From sequence record MN091626.1: a DNA stretch of 64,000 nt. One strand, given 5' to 3'. Below the pieces are notes generated by a model. The model was not told the origin of the DNA and made no database searches. It saw only the letters and a program-made list of their open reading frames with translations. Below, piece by piece: positions 11,133 through 19,725 of this stretch. The position numbers were made by a program, and so were the translations under genes. Each line of letters opens with the position of its first letter. Within the stretch, counting starts at the first letter, position 1.

Positions 11133-11843
11133 GTGTCCATTATATCTCGTGGAGAGGCTATTGATAATTATCAATACCTCAATGAATTATTTATAAGTTT
11201 TAGAAAAGAAATTAATGAATTTTTATCTAGTGAGATATTTAAAATTAATCATACTGATTTTAAAAACTCTATTATAGGTAGTGTTAATTCAGAATTTAAA
11301 GTTAAGGAGGAAAAAGATTCAATATGCTTATTGTTAGAAGATAAATTTATTGAATTCGACCTTTATGAAGGATTTATTATCCTTTACAACTTTAAAGAGA
11401 ATATTAGTTTAATGAAAGAAAAAATTGATATTCAAAAATCTATAATAGAAAATAAATTAGATACTAGATATAATTCTAATAATAAACTTAAAAATAAGAA
11501 TAAAAAGTTTAACAATGAAATAACTGAAAAGAATAATGAACTTAATGAAAGAATTAAATTAGGTGTTTTAACTAATGCATTACTAAATATGTTAAGAATG
11601 CCCAATTCATTTAAATTAAAAGAAGAAATAGATGAACTTAATAAAAGTATTGAGAAAAATAATCTAATTATAGAGAATAATGATAGTAATATAAAATTAT
11701 TAGAAGAAGATAAGAAAGATATTAGTAAATATGATTTTAGGTTTGCCAATGATAAATATCTATTCAATAAGATTAGTGAGTTTGTACAGTACTTTAAAAA
11801 CGAATATGGTTTTGAATTTTATATTAAAAATGATACTATATAA
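11133..11843 (+). CDS. Hypothetical coiled-coil protein
   Basis: 236 aa ORF, GAGG SD, TTG start. Confidence 0.7.
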   Translation: MSIISRGEAIDNYQYLNELFISFRKEINEFLSSEIFKINHTDFKNSIIGSVNSEFKVKEEKDSICLLLEDKFIEFDLYEGFIILYNFKENISLMKEKIDIQKSIIENKLDTRYNSNNKLKNKNKKFNNEITEKNNELNERIKLGVLTNALLNMLRMPNSFKLKEEIDELNKSIEKNNLIIENNDSNIKLLEEDKKDISKYDFRFANDKYLFNKISEFVQYFKNEYGFEFYIKNDTI

Positions 11844-11854
11844 GGAGTAAATAT

Positions 11855-12511
11855 ATGAATAGAGAATTAAGCAAATTAAGTTTAGAAGAGTTGAGTGATT
11901 TAAAAGAAGAAATCAATAGATTTTTCAATAATGATTTATTTAAATTTCCAAGAAAAGGACTTGTAGAACATTTAACTTTACCTGTAGAACATTATAATCT
12001 TTTAATAAGAAATATAATAGAAGATAGTGAATTGAAATTTACTTTTGTTGGTGCTGATATGATTATTTTTGATTTAAATGATTTGAAGGTGAAGATGTCT
12101 AATAAATATAAACATAACCTTCAATTAGCCAAAAAATCTCTATACTATAATTATGACGGTTTTTCAGGTAAAGAAAGACTTTCAGATGTAATAAAAAACG
12201 AAAAAGAGTTAATAGAAGAAAGGTTTTTATTTGAAAATAATATAAAAGCTATTAATAATGAAATATCAAATATAGAGAATAAATTTGGTATTAAATTTGT
12301 TTTTAGTGAAAATTTTGAAGGATACGAAATAGAAATAAATGAAAAATCTGATGAAGCAGAAATTTATATTTCAAAAAATAAAGAAGAAACTGAAAAAGAA
12401 AATATAATTGAAGATGATAAGATTACTAAAGAAAGTAATGAACATGAAATTACACATAGTAAAAAAGATTCTTTAATTAAAAGAATAATTAAGAGAGTGG
12501 TGAAATTTTAA
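11855..12511 (+). CDS. Hypothetical protein
   Basis: AAGGAG SD, 218 aa. Confidence 0.75.
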   Translation: MNRELSKLSLEELSDLKEEINRFFNNDLFKFPRKGLVEHLTLPVEHYNLLIRNIIEDSELKFTFVGADMIIFDLNDLKVKMSNKYKHNLQLAKKSLYYNYDGFSGKERLSDVIKNEKELIEERFLFENNIKAINNEISNIENKFGIKFVFSENFEGYEIEINEKSDEAEIYISKNKEETEKENIIEDDKITKESNEHEITHSKKDSLIKRIIKRVVKF

Positions 12512-13111
12512 ATGACTGAAGAAAAATTACCTGCATTAAATATTATTGCTTCTGCAGTAACTACTACACCTAAGACTAATACAGAGTTTATTAATATGAC
12601 ATTTATGGTGGATAATCCTAAATTTAAAGATATGTATTTAGAATTTTCTGATATTGATTTATCAGAAGTATTTAAAAACGAAATGCTTAAAGAAGCTTAT
12701 GAAAACGGTCAATTAGCAGAGTATACTAAAATTGATCAGACTTTAGATAATTACAATATTAGAATGATTAAAGATGATACAGTTATACAAATACAACGTA
12801 TTAGAGATTACTTTGAAGAATTATCTGAATATGCTGATAAATTAATATTCTGGGTTGATGAGATTACTTTATGGTCTCAGTTAATAGAATTAGTTTATGG
12901 AGGTTCATCAGATAACACATATCAATTACCTTCATATATTGACTTCCAACCTATTGACATAAAATCAGTAGTTAGAATGTCAGCTATAAGAGATAATGAT
13001 TATTCATATGCAGAAGAATTAATGGGAACAAGTGAATCACTAACAGATTCATCTTTATCAATTTCATCATTCTTATTAACATTCATTAAAAATGCTGGAA
13101 TATTAAAATAA
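12512..13111 (+). CDS. Hypothetical protein
   Basis: Abuts previous gene, 199 aa. Confidence 0.75.
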   Translation: MTEEKLPALNIIASAVTTTPKTNTEFINMTFMVDNPKFKDMYLEFSDIDLSEVFKNEMLKEAYENGQLAEYTKIDQTLDNYNIRMIKDDTVIQIQRIRDYFEELSEYADKLIFWVDEITLWSQLIELVYGGSSDNTYQLPSYIDFQPIDIKSVVRMSAIRDNDYSYAEELMGTSESLTDSSLSISSFLLTFIKNAGILK

Positions 13112-13117
13112 ATTTTT

Positions 13118-13133
13118 AAATATATATTATAAA
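13118..13133 (+). promoter_or_regulatory. Putative early promoter
   Basis: AAATATATATTATAAA. Confidence 0.6.
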
Positions 13134-13181
13134 GATGTATTAGTAATGGAATATTATTAATATAAATAATTTAAATGGAGA

Positions 13182-14438
13182 GTGTCAGATATTATGTTAA
13201 CAAATTTTAAAGATCATTTACACAGAGGCGGAAACCTTTCAGTTTCAATTTATACTTTATTTACTAGAAAGAATAAAAATACTGGTAATGCTATTAATGG
13301 TGAGTATATTAACACGTATCAATCAAGTCAATATAACGGTGTTCCTTTCTTAAGTGAAATTGAAAATAATGGTAATCATTATATTTCTTTCTCTTATAAC
13401 AAATTTCAACAAGGTCAAGCACCTATTCGTGAAGATGTATTAATTAGTTATCCACATTTACAAGAATTTAATAATTTCTTAAAAGCGACTTATACAAGTA
13501 TTAGTGAGAATTTTAATAATATTTTCTCTAATAATCAAGTTAATCCAGATTACCAACAACATATTTGGCAATCACCAAAATTAGTGTCTGGTAAAGAAAT
13601 TGCTATTGCTCCTGCAGTAATTCAAAATAATAGAACTAATAATTTTGAAATTGGTTTTAATATTATGGTAAATGATACTAATAAATATGATTTTGTATCA
13701 GCTAATACATTTATCAGTTTAGTTAATTTATTAGTTAGAATTACTAATGATCCATTAACATTCAGAAATCAATGTGTACAAGCTGAAATGCAAGCTAAAG
13801 AAATTGAAAATAATCAGTTATTAAAAGGGTTATTAAGAGCTCAAGGTTTACCTACAGATATGAGTAATCATCATATGGATGAAAAATCAGCTCAAGGTAA
13901 TGCTCCACGTAATAATAACTTTAATAATAACAGTGGTGGAGGTTTCAATAACAATAATCAATTCGGTAATTTCGGTGGTAATAACGGAAATTTTAACCAA
14001 GCTCCACAACAAAATAAATTTAATCAACAACAATCTAATAACCAATCTCAAGGAAATTCTTTTGGAAATTTTAATCAACCTCAACAACAACAGAATCAAC
14101 AACCGGTACAACAAAATGACAATCCTTTCAATGTGAGTCCGCAACAATCAGCACCGCAACAAAGTAATAGTAGTAATCCATTTGATGTTGGTCAAACGGA
14201 TCAAATTAGTGATGATGATTTACCATTTGAAACTAAAGAAACTCCACAACAAGATGATAGACAAATTGATAAATCTAACATGTTTAAAGATGCTGAAGTT
14301 AACAAAGAATCAGGTTCTTTAGAAGACTTATCAAATACAGTAAATAATGAAAGTGAAGGTAAAGCTAGTTCTTTACTAGACGACTTCATTAAAAAAGGTA
14401 AAGAATCAGAACAAGAAGATGACGATTTAGGAATTTAA
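13182..14438 (+). CDS. Putative ssDNA-binding-like protein with Q/N-rich linker
   Basis: Globular N-terminus, long Q/N/G/F low-complexity tract, internal NPF..QISDDDLPF, acidic end DDDLGI. Confidence 0.5.
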   Translation: MSDIMLTNFKDHLHRGGNLSVSIYTLFTRKNKNTGNAINGEYINTYQSSQYNGVPFLSEIENNGNHYISFSYNKFQQGQAPIREDVLISYPHLQEFNNFLKATYTSISENFNNIFSNNQVNPDYQQHIWQSPKLVSGKEIAIAPAVIQNNRTNNFEIGFNIMVNDTNKYDFVSANTFISLVNLLVRITNDPLTFRNQCVQAEMQAKEIENNQLLKGLLRAQGLPTDMSNHHMDEKSAQGNAPRNNNFNNNSGGGFNNNNQFGNFGGNNGNFNQAPQQNKFNQQQSNNQSQGNSFGNFNQPQQQQNQQPVQQNDNPFNVSPQQSAPQQSNSSNPFDVGQTDQISDDDLPFETKETPQQDDRQIDKSNMFKDAEVNKESGSLEDLSNTVNNESEGKASSLLDDFIKKGKESEQEDDDLGI

Positions 14439-14450
14439 GAATTAAATAAT

Positions 14451-14490
14451 ATATGATCTAATATGGATAAACATCTGTATTAGATCATAT
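14451..14490 (+). terminator. Terminator-like hairpin
   Basis: ATATGATCTAATA/TATTAGATCATAT followed by T-rich tract. Confidence 0.6.
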
Positions 14491-14522
14491 ATACCTTTTA
14501 TTTTTTATAAAAAATAAATAAA

Positions 14523-15374
14523 GTGAGTGAATATTATATGGCAAATAAAAAGGATCTAAGTGAGTTAGAAAGAATTATAAGTAGTATGGACACTATTGAT
14601 GTTAGAGAAGTTTTTAAAGACGTAAGAAGTTCAGATAATGTTAATGAAGAAGATGATTTAAACTCATCTAAATATAAAGGTGACATTAAAGGTTTAGTAA
14701 CTAAAGAAGAATATGAAAGTCTTCCATATTTAGGTAAACGTGTTATTCAGTTTATGGAAAATATTGCAGCTGATAAAGAAAATTTAGATTTTGAATCTTA
14801 TTTTGAAAGATATGCAAAAGCATACGGTAAAGATGAAATTGATTCATTTAAAAACACTATGTATAGACTTAAAAGTAGTAAGGTTTTTACAATACAGTCA
14901 TTAATGACAATTACTGAAGCTATTGATTATAAAGTTCATATAATAACTGAAGAATTCAAAGGTATGGATGAATTAAGATTATATGAACCTAAACGTAAAG
15001 TTAAATCTTCTAGATTTATGGGTAAATTAAATTTTGATTTAATGCCAGATGTTATATATGAAGACTTTATATTAGAGTTTGTAGAGTTTTTAGAAGAATT
15101 AGGAAAAGAAGGATATACTTTTGAGATGTTATTTGGAGAACTTGAAATTAATTCTGATGAGAAAAATCCTATAAGTAAAATTAAATCATCTATGGATAAA
15201 ATGATTAAGCAAGGTAAACTAACTTGGAAGACTATGGAAACTATAACAGAGTCTTTAGGTATGAATATTAAAGTTGATTTTATAAAAGACGTTATTGATA
15301 CTGATGAAGTTAATAAAATTGATGCATCTAATCAAATACAACTAGAAGATGATAATATAATTCATAAGAAATAA
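14523..15374 (+). CDS. Putative DNA-binding protein with two HTH-like repeats
   Basis: FTIQSLMTITEAIDYKV and LTWKTMETITESLGMNI resemble XRE-type helices. Confidence 0.45.
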   Translation: MSEYYMANKKDLSELERIISSMDTIDVREVFKDVRSSDNVNEEDDLNSSKYKGDIKGLVTKEEYESLPYLGKRVIQFMENIAADKENLDFESYFERYAKAYGKDEIDSFKNTMYRLKSSKVFTIQSLMTITEAIDYKVHIITEEFKGMDELRLYEPKRKVKSSRFMGKLNFDLMPDVIYEDFILEFVEFLEELGKEGYTFEMLFGELEINSDEKNPISKIKSSMDKMIKQGKLTWKTMETITESLGMNIKVDFIKDVIDTDEVNKIDASNQIQLEDDNIIHKK

Positions 15375-15381
15375 AATATAT

Positions 15382-15411
15382 CCCCTAACCTTAAATTAAT
15401 AAGGTTAGGGG
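15382..15411. terminator. Bidirectional terminator, CCCTAACC family
   Basis: CCCCTAACCTTA-AATTAA-TAAGGTTAGGGG between convergent genes. Confidence 0.75.
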
Positions 15412-15429
15412 AATTTATATCATTTTTTT

Positions 15430-17100
15430 TTATTCTGTTGTAGTTTCTTCTGGAGTTTCTTCTACTTGTGAAGTAGAAATAGTAACACTAACATCTTTAC
15501 TTACACTATCAGAAGTGACTTTAACTTTAGCAGTTCCTACAGCTTTAGCAGTTACAAGACCACTGTTGTTAACTGAAACAAATTCAGATCCTTCTGTAAT
15601 AGAATAGTTTACAGGGTTTCCTTCAGGATCTGTAGTTACTGTTAATTGTTGAGTTTCATTATCTTTCATATCAACACTATCAGGAGTAACTGTTAGACTT
15701 TTAGTCTTTACTCTAGTTACATTAACATTAACCGTCTTACTAATAGAATCAGAACTTACTTTAACTTTAGCAGTTCCTACAGCTTTAGCAGTTACAAGTC
15801 CACTACTATTAACTGAAGCATACTCAGATCCTTCAGTAATAGAGTAACTTACAGAGTTTGTAGATGGTTGAATTTTAACGTCTAACTGTTGAGTTGATTC
15901 TGCATCTATGTTAACTTCTTCTGGAGTAACAGTTAGACTCTTAGTCTTTAAACGGCTTACATTAACCTCTACATTTTTAGAAACATCATCTGATTTAACT
16001 GTAACGTTTGCAGTTCCTTCAGAAATACCAGTAATATTTCCGTTATTATCAACTGAAGTAAATTCAGAACCGTCTTTTAATTCAAAGCTTACTTTTCTTC
16101 CTTCTGGTTCAGTAGTAACCTCTAATTTCTGAGTTTGTTCTGCTTCAATATTAACTGTCTCTGGAGTAACAGTTATACTTTTAGTTTGATTAATGCTTTC
16201 AAATTTTCCATCTTTAGGATCATAAACAGAATATTCAATTTTCTTATCAATTTCGTTTTGTATAGTTTCCTCATCTAAAATGCGGATATTGAAATTAACA
16301 ATATTGTCTTGAATACTTCTCTCAATTACTTTAACTAAAATTTCACCAGTCTTACTAAAGAATAATAAACGATTTTTATCTGCTTGATATCTAGCATAAC
16401 TTTCATCACTAACATTTACAGATAATAATTGTAATAGATTTTCTTTAGCTACAGGAGTGACTTCTTTAGTATCGAAATCTTTATAACCTAAGATTTTATC
16501 TAAAGGTAAAGCAGATTCTTTAAGAACGTTAATATCTTGTTGCAATTGAACAAGACGACCTGTAAATTTACCGTATTCTTTAACTTTAATAAAGACTGAA
16601 TCTTTAACACGTTCAAAGATGTTTTTATGTCCTTCAGAAATAGCAATGTCGTAATTTTCTGAAGCGTCTTTAGGGAAGTATAATTTAAGTTCATATTCTT
16701 CATTAACTTCTAAATCAGAAGTAGGTAAACTTAAAATTTCAGATTTAACATCTTTAGCAGTATAAGTTTTAACTACAGACTTATCTGAAAGTTTGATTAA
16801 GTCAAATTTTAATAATCCTAATACATCACGAGCATCTACAGGATTAATATAGAAAGGTACATTAATAAACTTACCAGTTTCTCCTTCAGATTTGAAGTAA
16901 ACTGTTCTTCTATCATATTTAATTTTACCAGTTTCAGGAAGAGGTTGAACATCAGTAACAGTCCAACCAGCTTGTTTTAAGCTAGCTAGATCATTACTAG
17001 AAAGAATAACGTTTTCACGAGGTCCACGTTCACCTAATCCTAAAAATGGAATTAATTTTTCATCTAATAATTTTACTTTAAAGTAGTTAGTAGTAGCCAT
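15430..17100 (-). CDS. Virion protein with three C-terminal Ig-like (Big_2-type) domains
   Basis: Three ~80-aa repeats SLTVTP...SV..SGLVTAKAVGTAKVKV. Confidence 0.8.
   Translation of the reverse strand: MATTNYFKVKLLDEKLIPFLGLGERGPRENVILSSNDLASLKQAGWTVTDVQPLPETGKIKYDRRTVYFKSEGETGKFINVPFYINPVDARDVLGLLKFDLIKLSDKSVVKTYTAKDVKSEILSLPTSDLEVNEEYELKLYFPKDASENYDIAISEGHKNIFERVKDSVFIKVKEYGKFTGRLVQLQQDINVLKESALPLDKILGYKDFDTKEVTPVAKENLLQLLSVNVSDESYARYQADKNRLLFFSKTGEILVKVIERSIQDNIVNFNIRILDEETIQNEIDKKIEYSVYDPKDGKFESINQTKSITVTPETVNIEAEQTQKLEVTTEPEGRKVSFELKDGSEFTSVDNNGNITGISEGTANVTVKSDDVSKNVEVNVSRLKTKSLTVTPEEVNIDAESTQQLDVKIQPSTNSVSYSITEGSEYASVNSSGLVTAKAVGTAKVKVSSDSISKTVNVNVTRVKTKSLTVTPDSVDMKDNETQQLTVTTDPEGNPVNYSITEGSEFVSVNNSGLVTAKAVGTAKVKVTSDSVSKDVSVTISTSQVEETPEETTTE
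15465..16190 (-). repeat. Three tandem Ig-domain repeats (approximate bounds)
   Basis: DNA-level repeats such as TTTAACTTTAGCAGTTCCTACAGCTTTAGCAGTTACAAG at about 15520 and 15760. Confidence 0.85.
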
Positions 17101-17123
17101 TCTTAGAATTCACTTTCCTTTCT

Positions 17124-17672
17124 TTATTTTTCTAATAGTAAATCAATTAAATCTTGTTTACGAGCATTTTTATTATACTCAATTTCTTTAGAATCTAATT
17201 CTTCTTTAAGCTCAGCTACAGTGAATTCATTTAAATCTTCTTCTGTAACTTCGACTTCTTCAGAACCTTGTTCTTCTACTTTTTCTTCGTTAGTAGGAGC
17301 TTCTTCAGAACTTTGTTCTTCTTTAGTTTCTTCTTTTACTTCGTCTGATACTTCGCTATCTGTTCCTTCATCCACTTGCTTCTCTTCGCTGCTGCTTTCA
17401 TCATTGCTCTGTTCCTCTTGTGATTGCGTATCATTTGATTCAGAAACTGCTTCATTTTTATCTTCACTCTTATTTTCTTTTTTATTTGATTTATCGCTTG
17501 GATATACATAGTCTTCATCAACAATTGTTACTTGTAAACCTAAACGTCTAAATAAACGAATTTGTGAACCTGAAGCACGGAAAGGTTTAACAAAAGGACC
17601 TTTACCTTTACCAGGCACAAATGCTTTTTCATTAATAATAATGAAATTATTATCTTCATTGAAATTTAACAT
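17124..17672 (-). CDS. Protein with N-terminal shared module, acidic linker and C-terminal HeH/SAP/Rho-N-like domain
   Basis: C-terminal LNEFTVAELKEELDSKEIEYNKNARKQDLIDLL. Confidence 0.65.
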   Translation of the reverse strand: MLNFNEDNNFIIINEKAFVPGKGKGPFVKPFRASGSQIRLFRRLGLQVTIVDEDYVYPSDKSNKKENKSEDKNEAVSESNDTQSQEEQSNDESSSEEKQVDEGTDSEVSDEVKEETKEEQSSEEAPTNEEKVEEQGSEEVEVTEEDLNEFTVAELKEELDSKEIEYNKNARKQDLIDLLLEK

Positions 17673-17744
17673 AAATTAGTAATCTCCTTTACCATATTTT
17701 ATTTTATAAATAAAAGTTAAGGAAGGATCTTATAAAAATCCTTC

Positions 17745-18542
17745 TTAACTAAATGTTCCCCATGCGTTACCAATACGTTGTCCTTTACCATTTGATTTAC
17801 CAATTGGCACGTATACATATTGTCCTTTAAATTTACCTGAAACCCAGATAAGACCATCAAAGTCTTGGATTTCTTCGTATTTAATAGAGTCGCCTTTTTT
17901 CATGAATGGACCTGTAGGCCATCCAGTCCATGGACCATTTTTACGAGTAATAATTCCTGAAGCAACATTACATTTGAAAGTAGCTTTTTCAGTTTTCCAT
18001 AGAATACCTGCTGAATTACGTTTCCATTTAGCAGATGTAACAGCTTTCTTAGGAGCTGCTTTCTTAACTACTTTTTTCTTAGGAGCTGCTTTCTTAGTAG
18101 TTGCTTTTTTAGTAGCTGTACTACTAAAGGCTGGACGAATTACTCCCCAAAATCCTGTATAATCATGGAATACTTTAGCTGCAGGTGAACCATTGCTACC
18201 TGCGTTAAACCAGTTCTGGTCAATTGAATAGAAATTGTTTAAGTTAGCTGAAGTGATAATACCTGTATGACCATAAACATCATATGGAGGATTAGCCCAA
18301 ATAGCTATATCTCCTGGTTGAGGTAAGAATGATGGAGTATTTTTAATAAGTTTCCATCCTGAAGGCATTGTATTACTTTTAAGATCTTTAGCGTTACCCC
18401 AAGGCCAGAATTTTCCATCAGTTAAATAATTACAATAACCGATAGTCAAATCCATACATTGAGCTCCATAAGCTCCATCCATGTCAAGTCTACGACCAAT
18501 ACGATTATTAACCCAATTCAAAGCTTGAGTTTTAGTTTTCAT
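17745..18542 (-). CDS. CHAP-domain peptidoglycan hydrolase with SH3b domain
   Basis: DGAYGAQCMDL, PQPGDIAIW, YGHTGI, SIDQNW; C-terminal SH3_5-like domain. Confidence 0.9.
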   Translation of the reverse strand: MKTKTQALNWVNNRIGRRLDMDGAYGAQCMDLTIGYCNYLTDGKFWPWGNAKDLKSNTMPSGWKLIKNTPSFLPQPGDIAIWANPPYDVYGHTGIITSANLNNFYSIDQNWFNAGSNGSPAAKVFHDYTGFWGVIRPAFSSTATKKATTKKAAPKKKVVKKAAPKKAVTSAKWKRNSAGILWKTEKATFKCNVASGIITRKNGPWTGWPTGPFMKKGDSIKYEEIQDFDGLIWVSGKFKGQYVYVPIGKSNGKGQRIGNAWGTFS

Positions 18543-18584
18543 ATTTTATTCAAACCCTTTCGATAAATTTTCTTTATTTCTTTA

Positions 18585-18596
18585 TATTTAGTTGTT
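18585..18596 (-). promoter_or_regulatory. Putative late promoter AACA-N6-TA
   Basis: AACA-ACTAAA-TA on minus strand upstream of CHAP gene. Confidence 0.65.
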
Positions 18597-18637
18597 CTTT
18601 TATAAAAATAATATGTTTCATAATAGTATAAAAATAA

Positions 18638-18674
18638 ATACCCTAACGAATCTTTAATATGATCGTTAGGGTAT
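18638..18674 (-). terminator. Terminator-like hairpin after amidase
   Basis: ATACCCTAACGA/TCGTTAGGGTAT stem. Confidence 0.6.
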
Positions 18675-18707
18675 ATAAAATTATAATTTAAATTATAGAA
18701 TCATTTA

Positions 18708-19658
18708 TTAGCTAAATGTTCCCCATGCTGGACCAATACGTTTACCGTTACCATTTGATTTACCTACTGGTACGTATACATATTGTCCCTTAAATTTACC
18801 TGAAACCCAAATATATCCGTTAAAATCTTGGATTTCATCATATTTAATAGTATCACCTTTAGACATACGAGGACCTTGAGGCCATCCAGTCCATGGACCA
18901 TTTTTACGAGTAATAATTCCTACAGATACACCACATTTGAAAGTAGCTTTTTCAGTTTTCCATAGAATACCTGCTGAATTACGTTTCCAAGTAGTTGAAG
19001 TTTCAGTACTTGTTTTCTTAGGTTTAGCAGGTGCTTTAGTTGTAGTAGTAGATTTAGTTGCTGTTGAAGTTTTAGCTGTAGAAGTAGCACCATTTTTCAT
19101 ATAAGTTAGAACCTTTTTATCTACATTAGAAACACTACGAGACATACCGCATGCAGCTAATAAATTGCCTGGATCTTGTTTGTCTGCTTGGATATCTTGA
19201 TGTCCTGGCATATTTGTACTTGCATTAATTTTATATTCTTTACATAAGAAAGCAAGAACACGACAATAGTTATCAAATGATTTTAATGAACGACTTCTAT
19301 TAGAGAAGTAACATCCTTCAACACCAATAGCGCCATCATTAGCATCAATACCATACCAAGAATTATCAGTAGGTGTATTGTACATAACATGCCATGCTTT
19401 TTCATCTAAAGGAACACAGATAATACATTCTTTATCATCAACAAAGATATGAGCTGATGCTGTATAGTTCCAATCAATATTATATGAATTACGATAGTAA
19501 TCAACATTATTTTGGGCAGTAGTGTTAGGGTTTCCTGTGTCATGAGCAACAATAAATTTAGGTCCGTTAAGCTTATCTCCAGCTCTACGAGTACCTATTG
19601 GTAAAAAATCAGTATAAACAGGAACACCGTTCCATGTACCGATATGTTTTTTAGCCAT
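18708..19658 (-). CDS. N-acetylmuramoyl-L-alanine amidase (Amidase_2) with SH3b domain
   Basis: IVAHDTGN, SAHIFVD, AWH, IGVE, GHQDI..DKQDPG; SH3b nearly identical to CHAP gene. Confidence 0.9.
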   Translation of the reverse strand: MAKKHIGTWNGVPVYTDFLPIGTRRAGDKLNGPKFIVAHDTGNPNTTAQNNVDYYRNSYNIDWNYTASAHIFVDDKECIICVPLDEKAWHVMYNTPTDNSWYGIDANDGAIGVEGCYFSNRSRSLKSFDNYCRVLAFLCKEYKINASTNMPGHQDIQADKQDPGNLLAACGMSRSVSNVDKKVLTYMKNGATSTAKTSTATKSTTTTKAPAKPKKTSTETSTTWKRNSAGILWKTEKATFKCGVSVGIITRKNGPWTGWPQGPRMSKGDTIKYDEIQDFNGYIWVSGKFKGQYVYVPVGKSNGNGKRIGPAWGTFS

Positions 19659-19705
19659 AATTAAATTTTCCTCCTTGAATTTATTACTAATTAAAGTAAT
19701 TTCTA

Positions 19706-19717
19706 TATTTAACTGTT
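19706..19717 (-). promoter_or_regulatory. Putative late promoter AACA-N6-TA
   Basis: AACA-GTTAAA-TA upstream of amidase. Confidence 0.65.
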
Positions 19718-19725
19718 CTATATTT

